Source: an uncultured delta proteobacterium (GTDB lineage: Bacteria; Myxococcota_A; Polyangia; Polyangiales; Polyangiaceae). Taken from it: a stretch of 64,000 bases of DNA. The notes below the pieces were generated by a model that saw nothing but the letters and a program-made list of their open reading frames with translations, was not told the DNA's origin and did not search any database. A program made the position numbers and the translations under genes. Each line of letters starts with the position of its first letter. Positions within the stretch are counted from its first letter, which is position 1. This document shows, one piece after another, positions 59,857-64,000 of the stretch. The DNA lies in NCBI GenBank assembly GCA_963841435.1, contig CAWJCS010000004.1, forward strand, positions 96,001 through 160,000, given 5' to 3'.

Positions 59857-60039
59857 ACACGGCACGCGGTCCCGACAATGTCGCATTGAAGGAGCACGCA
59901 TGTCGATCGGGCTGGGATTGGAACGTCGAACGGTTCTCGCTGGGGAGCCGCACCGCCCGGGCACGGCTGCCGAAAGCCCCCCCGGGACGGGCTTTCGTGG
60001 CGCGTCGGGAGCCTCGGGAGGCAGACGGGCGAGATTTCT

Positions 60040-60065
60040 GTCAAAAGGTAAGGGCCAGCCGACAG
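60040..60065 (+). promoter_or_regulatory. Candidate ECF promoter, motif B, upstream of ECF2
   Basis: GTCAA-N13-GCCGACAG ending 5 nt before ATG 60071. Confidence 0.5.
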
Positions 60066-60070
60066 TCAAG

Positions 60071-60628
60071 ATGAACGTGGGCTATCTCCGCCTCGTCCAG
60101 GCCCCGCCGACCGAGCCGGTCGCCGAGGATGCGTGCGTCCAGGCTTTCGATCGGGAGCTCGACTACGTCTTCGCAACGCTCCGTCGCCTCGGAGCGCCGC
60201 CGAGCGATGTCGAAGACCTCGCGCACGACGTGTTCGTGGTGCTGCTCCGGAACTGGGCAACGCTCGACACCGAGCGCCCGCTCCGGCCATACCTGTTTGG
60301 GGTCGCCTTTCGCATCGTGTGCGCGCACCGGCGCCGACGCGTGCGCGAGGTGCCGCATCCCGCGCCGGACTCCGAGGACGCCGGGCCCAGTCCCGAGCGG
60401 ACGCTCCAAGCGCACGAGGCGGCGGCGGTGCTTCAGGCAGCCCTCGAACGCGTTCCCCTCCCGCGGCGTGCCGTCATCATCATGCACGAGCTCGACGGTA
60501 TTCCGATTGTCGAGATAGCGAAGGAGCTGTCGATCACCCGGTTTGGCGCCTACGCGAGGCTGCACAAAGGACTCAAGGAGCTCGCTACCGCGGTGCGACG
60601 TCAAAAGCTGCACGGGGTACGGCCATGA
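60071..60628 (+). CDS. ECF RNA polymerase sigma factor, cassette 2 (alternative in-frame start at 59900)
   Basis: LRRLGA..DVEDLAHDVFVV..LRPYLFGVAFR; RRAVIIMHELDG..EIA..YARLHKG. Confidence 0.93.
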   Translation: MNVGYLRLVQAPPTEPVAEDACVQAFDRELDYVFATLRRLGAPPSDVEDLAHDVFVVLLRNWATLDTERPLRPYLFGVAFRIVCAHRRRRVREVPHPAPDSEDAGPSPERTLQAHEAAAVLQAALERVPLPRRAVIIMHELDGIPIVEIAKELSITRFGAYARLHKGLKELATAVRRQKLHGVRP

Positions 60629-61344
60629 GCCGGCGCGAGACCCCCGGCGAGGTCAGCGTGCAAGCGCTGCTCGACAGCGCCAAGGCGGTACCGCCACAGC
60701 CGCAGGCGGTGCGAGCACGCGTGCTCGAGCGCGCGCGAACGACGGCGGCGTCAGCACCGCCCGTGAACGTGGTCGCGCCGGCTGCGCGTCCCCGCTTCCC
60801 GAGTCACTGGGTGGGCAAAGCGGCAGCCGCTGCGGTTGGCGTGGGGATCGCCGGCACCGTGTACGCGCTCGGTGGTGGCTGGCCACGACCCGAAGCTCCC
60901 GTTCGAGCAGCGTCGTCGCCGGCCGTCAGCAGTCGTACGGCGCCGCCGGCCGTGCCGGTGCCCGCTCCGGCGCCGGTCGCGCCGCGACCCGAGCCCCCAT
61001 CCAAATCGAGCGTTCTACCCGCGGCCGAGCCCGCGGCGCCGAGCACGCCGCGTCAGGGCAGGGGACAACAGAATTACGGCGCCGAGCTCGAGCTCATGCG
61101 CAGCGCCCACACGGCGTACGCGGCCCACGAATTTGCGAACGCGCTCGTGTTGGTCAGCGAGCACGCGCGGCGCTTCCCGCGCGGGCTCCTCGCCGAAGAG
61201 CGCGAAGCGTTGCGCGTGCGGTGCCTCGCCGGCTCGGGGCGCGTGAACGAAGCGCGACGCGTCGCGGCGTCGTTCGCGAAGCGCTTCCCACGCAGCGTGC
61301 TTCTGCCGCGGCTCCAGGGGGACCTGGGGACGGGCGCCGAATAG
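60625..61344 (+). CDS. Putative anti-sigma factor (single TM, C-terminal TPR-like domain), cassette 2
   Basis: ATGA overlap with the ECF; YGAELELMRSA..EHARRFPRGLLAEEREALRV..FAKRFPRSVLLPRL. Confidence 0.8.
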   Translation: MSRRETPGEVSVQALLDSAKAVPPQPQAVRARVLERARTTAASAPPVNVVAPAARPRFPSHWVGKAAAAAVGVGIAGTVYALGGGWPRPEAPVRAASSPAVSSRTAPPAVPVPAPAPVAPRPEPPSKSSVLPAAEPAAPSTPRQGRGQQNYGAELELMRSAHTAYAAHEFANALVLVSEHARRFPRGLLAEEREALRVRCLAGSGRVNEARRVAASFAKRFPRSVLLPRLQGDLGTGAE

Positions 61345-61459
61345 ATCCCGGCGAACCCAAGCGGTCGTCAGAGCCTCGGAATACCGGCAGGGCGTAACCC
61401 GCGGTGCTCCCGCGATCTTTGCGGTGCACAGGCCCCTCGCCTCCGACAGTAGCTTCCTA

Positions 61460-64000
61460 GTGGATACTTTGCGATTCTCTGCGCGCTTTCGTTCGCGAGA
61501 AGGCACCGACCAAAGTGCCGTCTCCCGATCACGCGGGGCAGGATGGCTCGTCGCCGTGGCGATGCTCGTCGCCTGCGGGTCTCCCGAGGCGCCCGCGCCC
61601 GTAGAAGGCGCGGGCGGTCACACCGGAGGGAACGGAGGCGCCGCTGCAACGTCCGGTGCGGGCGCGGGTCAAGCGGGTGGACCGACGGGCGGCGCGGCGG
61701 CGCAAGCCGGGGCGTCTTCGGGGTCGAGCGCTGGAGGAAGCGCGAACGCCGGAGCGGCGGGGTCGGGAGGGAACGGTGCCGGCGGAACGAGCGCGGGCGC
61801 TGCAGGCCTGGCGAGCGGGGGTAGCGCGATGGGCGGGGCAGGCTCGGGAGGTGCCACCGGCGGTGTGGCGGGTGCCGGCGCTCTCGCCGGCGCGGGCGGC
61901 ACGGGCGGGGAGCCCGATCCCGGACCTGGCTACTACGTCTCGCCCGCGGGCAGTGACGACAATCCGGGCACCGCGAGCGCCCCGTTTCAGACGGTGGCGA
62001 AGGCGCGCGACGTTGTCCGCGCGCTCGGCGGCAGCATGACGGACGACCTCCACGTGTACCTCCGCGGCGGGACGTACCGTCTCGAGAGCACGCTCACTTT
62101 CGGCCCCGAGGACTCCGGGAAGAATGGGCACCGGATCCACTATCAAGCCTATCCGGGGGAGACTCCGGTTCTGAGTGGTGCGATCGCCGTCACCGGTTGG
62201 ACGCCGTACCAGGGCGGCATCTATCAAGCGAAGCTTGGCCGAACGACGAAGCTCCGCAATCTGTACGTGAACGACGCGCGCGCCAAGATGGCCAGCAAGT
62301 CCGCCACGGCGCGCGGCGGCTCCGGTACGTACTCCGTGACGGCTGGACAAGCGACCTGGGCCTGGGCGAGCGGGAGCGGGAGTGACGGCGTGAAATACGA
62401 CACGTCAGCCGTGTCGGCGGTGAGCACCAACAAAGACGACCTCGAGATCGTCAACGGCACGACCTGGAACGAGAACATCGTCTGCGTGCGGGACGTCGTC
62501 ACGACGACGGACAACTACCGAGGCCTCCTCCTGCAGCAGCCGTACGGCGCGATCGCGCAGCTGCCCGGTTGGGGAGCGGGGTTCAGCACGTCAGGCACAC
62601 ACACGCTCTTCAATGCACTCGAGTTCTTGAGTCAACCGGGGCAGTTCTATTTCGACAAGACCACGGGCACGCTCTACTACTACCCCCGGTCGGGAGAGGA
62701 TCTGACGCAGGCCAACGTCGAGGCCCCGGTGCTCGAAGAGCTGGTCGACGTCGCCGGCACGTCAACTTCCGAGCGCGTACAGAACCTCACGTTCCAGGGG
62801 CTCACGTTCGCGCACACGGACTACTCGCTCGTGAACGTCGGCGGCTCGTGCGGCAAGGCCAGCGTCCAGGGCGCCACCGTGTTCACCGCTTTCGGCGACG
62901 GCAACTGGCACAACAGCAAGTACCAGATCATCGACACGCTGCCGGCGATGATCCACGTCACGAGCGCGGACTCGATCCAGTTCGTCGGCAACGTCGTCAA
63001 GCACAGCGGCAACGAGGGCATCTCGTTCATCAACAACGTCGTCAACTCCGAGATCACGGGCAACTACGTGACCGATATCGCGGGTAGCGGCATCACCATC
63101 GGTCACCCACAGCACGTGTACCTCGGTGACGGTGGAGCCCACGAGAAGTACCCGCCGGGTGTCGAGGGCATCTGTACCAAAAATTCGATCTCGAACAACG
63201 TGCTCGTCAACGTGAGCTCGCTACCTGGTTTCGGCGGGCATGCGGGTATCACGGCGTTCTTCGTCAACACCCTCTCGATCACGCACAACCACATCCAAGG
63301 TACCGCCTACAACGGCATCAACCTCGGCTGGGGCTGGACCAACTTTTTGGACTCGAAGACCGCGAAGAACAACACGGTCAGCTCGAACCGGCTCTTCGAC
63401 ACGCTGAGTCGGCTTCACGATAGCGGTGCCATCTACACGATCGGGCAGAACCCAGGCACCAACATCAATCAGAACTACGTGAAGGGTATCCCGCCCGCGA
63501 CGTCGGGACCCACCTACGGTCTGCACAACGACGAGGGCAGCGCGTACATCACCGAGAACGATAACGTCCTCGACGTCGATCCAGGCGTCAAATACACGAT
63601 CAACTGCGAAGATTTCGGCAACAAGCACGATCTGACCATCCTTCGCACGTACGCGACGGTGAACAAGATGGGTGTGAATCCGCCGAACAGCACCATCGAC
63701 CCGCCCGTCGCCGTTCCGGACGCCGTGTGGGCGCCGACTCAATACGCGACCTGCGTTGCGGCGGGCGTCGAGGACGCATTCAGGAGCGCCCTTCCGAGCG
63801 GCTTGATTGCCGACGCCGACTACGTGTTCCCGGCGAGCTGTGCAACGTCGTCGAGCGCGACGCCGAGCTTGCCGATCCGGAGCCTCGGAGACTCCGCGGC
63901 GACGGTGTGGTTCGCCCCGGCCGGAACGACGCAATTCGCCGAGGGTGCGAGCATGACGCGCGCCGCCGGCGACGCGACGTCGCTCGGCGTACCGACGGCC
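61460..64000 (+). CDS. GH141-like right-handed beta-helix glycoside hydrolase lipoprotein (runs off right edge)
   Basis: Manual translation from GTG 61460 (not in ORF track): WLVAVAMLVAC lipobox, Gly linker, YYVSPAGSDDNPGT..VYLRGGTY, PGQFYFD, YNGINLGWGW, HDSGAIYT, LHNDEGS. Confidence 0.8.
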   Translation, partial: MDTLRFSARFRSREGTDQSAVSRSRGAGWLVAVAMLVACGSPEAPAPVEGAGGHTGGNGGAAATSGAGAGQAGGPTGGAAAQAGASSGSSAGGSANAGAAGSGGNGAGGTSAGAAGLASGGSAMGGAGSGGATGGVAGAGALAGAGGTGGEPDPGPGYYVSPAGSDDNPGTASAPFQTVAKARDVVRALGGSMTDDLHVYLRGGTYRLESTLTFGPEDSGKNGHRIHYQAYPGETPVLSGAIAVTGWTPYQGGIYQAKLGRTTKLRNLYVNDARAKMASKSATARGGSGTYSVTAGQATWAWASGSGSDGVKYDTSAVSAVSTNKDDLEIVNGTTWNENIVCVRDVVTTTDNYRGLLLQQPYGAIAQLPGWGAGFSTSGTHTLFNALEFLSQPGQFYFDKTTGTLYYYPRSGEDLTQANVEAPVLEELVDVAGTSTSERVQNLTFQGLTFAHTDYSLVNVGGSCGKASVQGATVFTAFGDGNWHNSKYQIIDTLPAMIHVTSADSIQFVGNVVKHSGNEGISFINNVVNSEITGNYVTDIAGSGITIGHPQHVYLGDGGAHEKYPPGVEGICTKNSISNNVLVNVSSLPGFGGHAGITAFFVNTLSITHNHIQGTAYNGINLGWGWTNFLDSKTAKNNTVSSNRLFDTLSRLHDSGAIYTIGQNPGTNINQNYVKGIPPATSGPTYGLHNDEGSAYITENDNVLDVDPGVKYTINCEDFGNKHDLTILRTYATVNKMGVNPPNSTIDPPVAVPDAVWAPTQYATCVAAGVEDAFRSALPSGLIADADYVFPASCATSSSATPSLPIRSLGDSAATVWFAPAGTTQFAEGASMTRAAGDATSLGVPTA

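Noticed and set aside
15055-64000. Prophage or ICE with an attR copy of the tRNA 3' end
   Set aside because: No integrase, phage or conjugation genes seen, and no convincing tRNA 3'-end duplicate found by eye.

Overview
High-GC DNA from a myxobacterium (Polyangiaceae/Sorangiineae-like, inferred from MYXO-CTERM tails, fibro-slime and PEGA proteins, and Gly-rich lipoproteins). About seven single-base indels break otherwise intact genes, probably long-read consensus errors. 1-14.9 kb looks like core genome: PEGA/TPR protein, ~2,450-aa TPR protein, two lipoproteins, a hybrid histidine kinase, a VWA protein and tRNA-Leu(GAG). The tRNA is followed by 3.6 copies of a structured 163-bp repeat and then ~49 kb of accessory genes. 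These include secreted proteins with eukaryote-like domains (RCC1-like, fibro-slime x2, CLCA-like metalloprotease-VWA, VWD/GDPH), an orphan Anbu protease, and gene remnants (IS91-like transposase, internally deleted esterase, HdeD fragment). They also include many predicted surface-tethered polysaccharide enzymes (GH43 x2, GH54-, PL9-, GH31-, GH29-, GH141- and CE1-like). The best candidate for an undescribed system is two homologous three-gene cassettes: exported protein with a beta-strand-rich C-terminus, ECF sigma factor, and single-pass anti-sigma with a TPR-like domain. Each sigma gene has a promoter-like motif that recurs upstream of nearby CAZyme genes (TGACAA-N17-CAATC; G[T/A]CAA-N12/13-GCCGACAG). 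All family calls come from reading motifs by eye, not from database searches.
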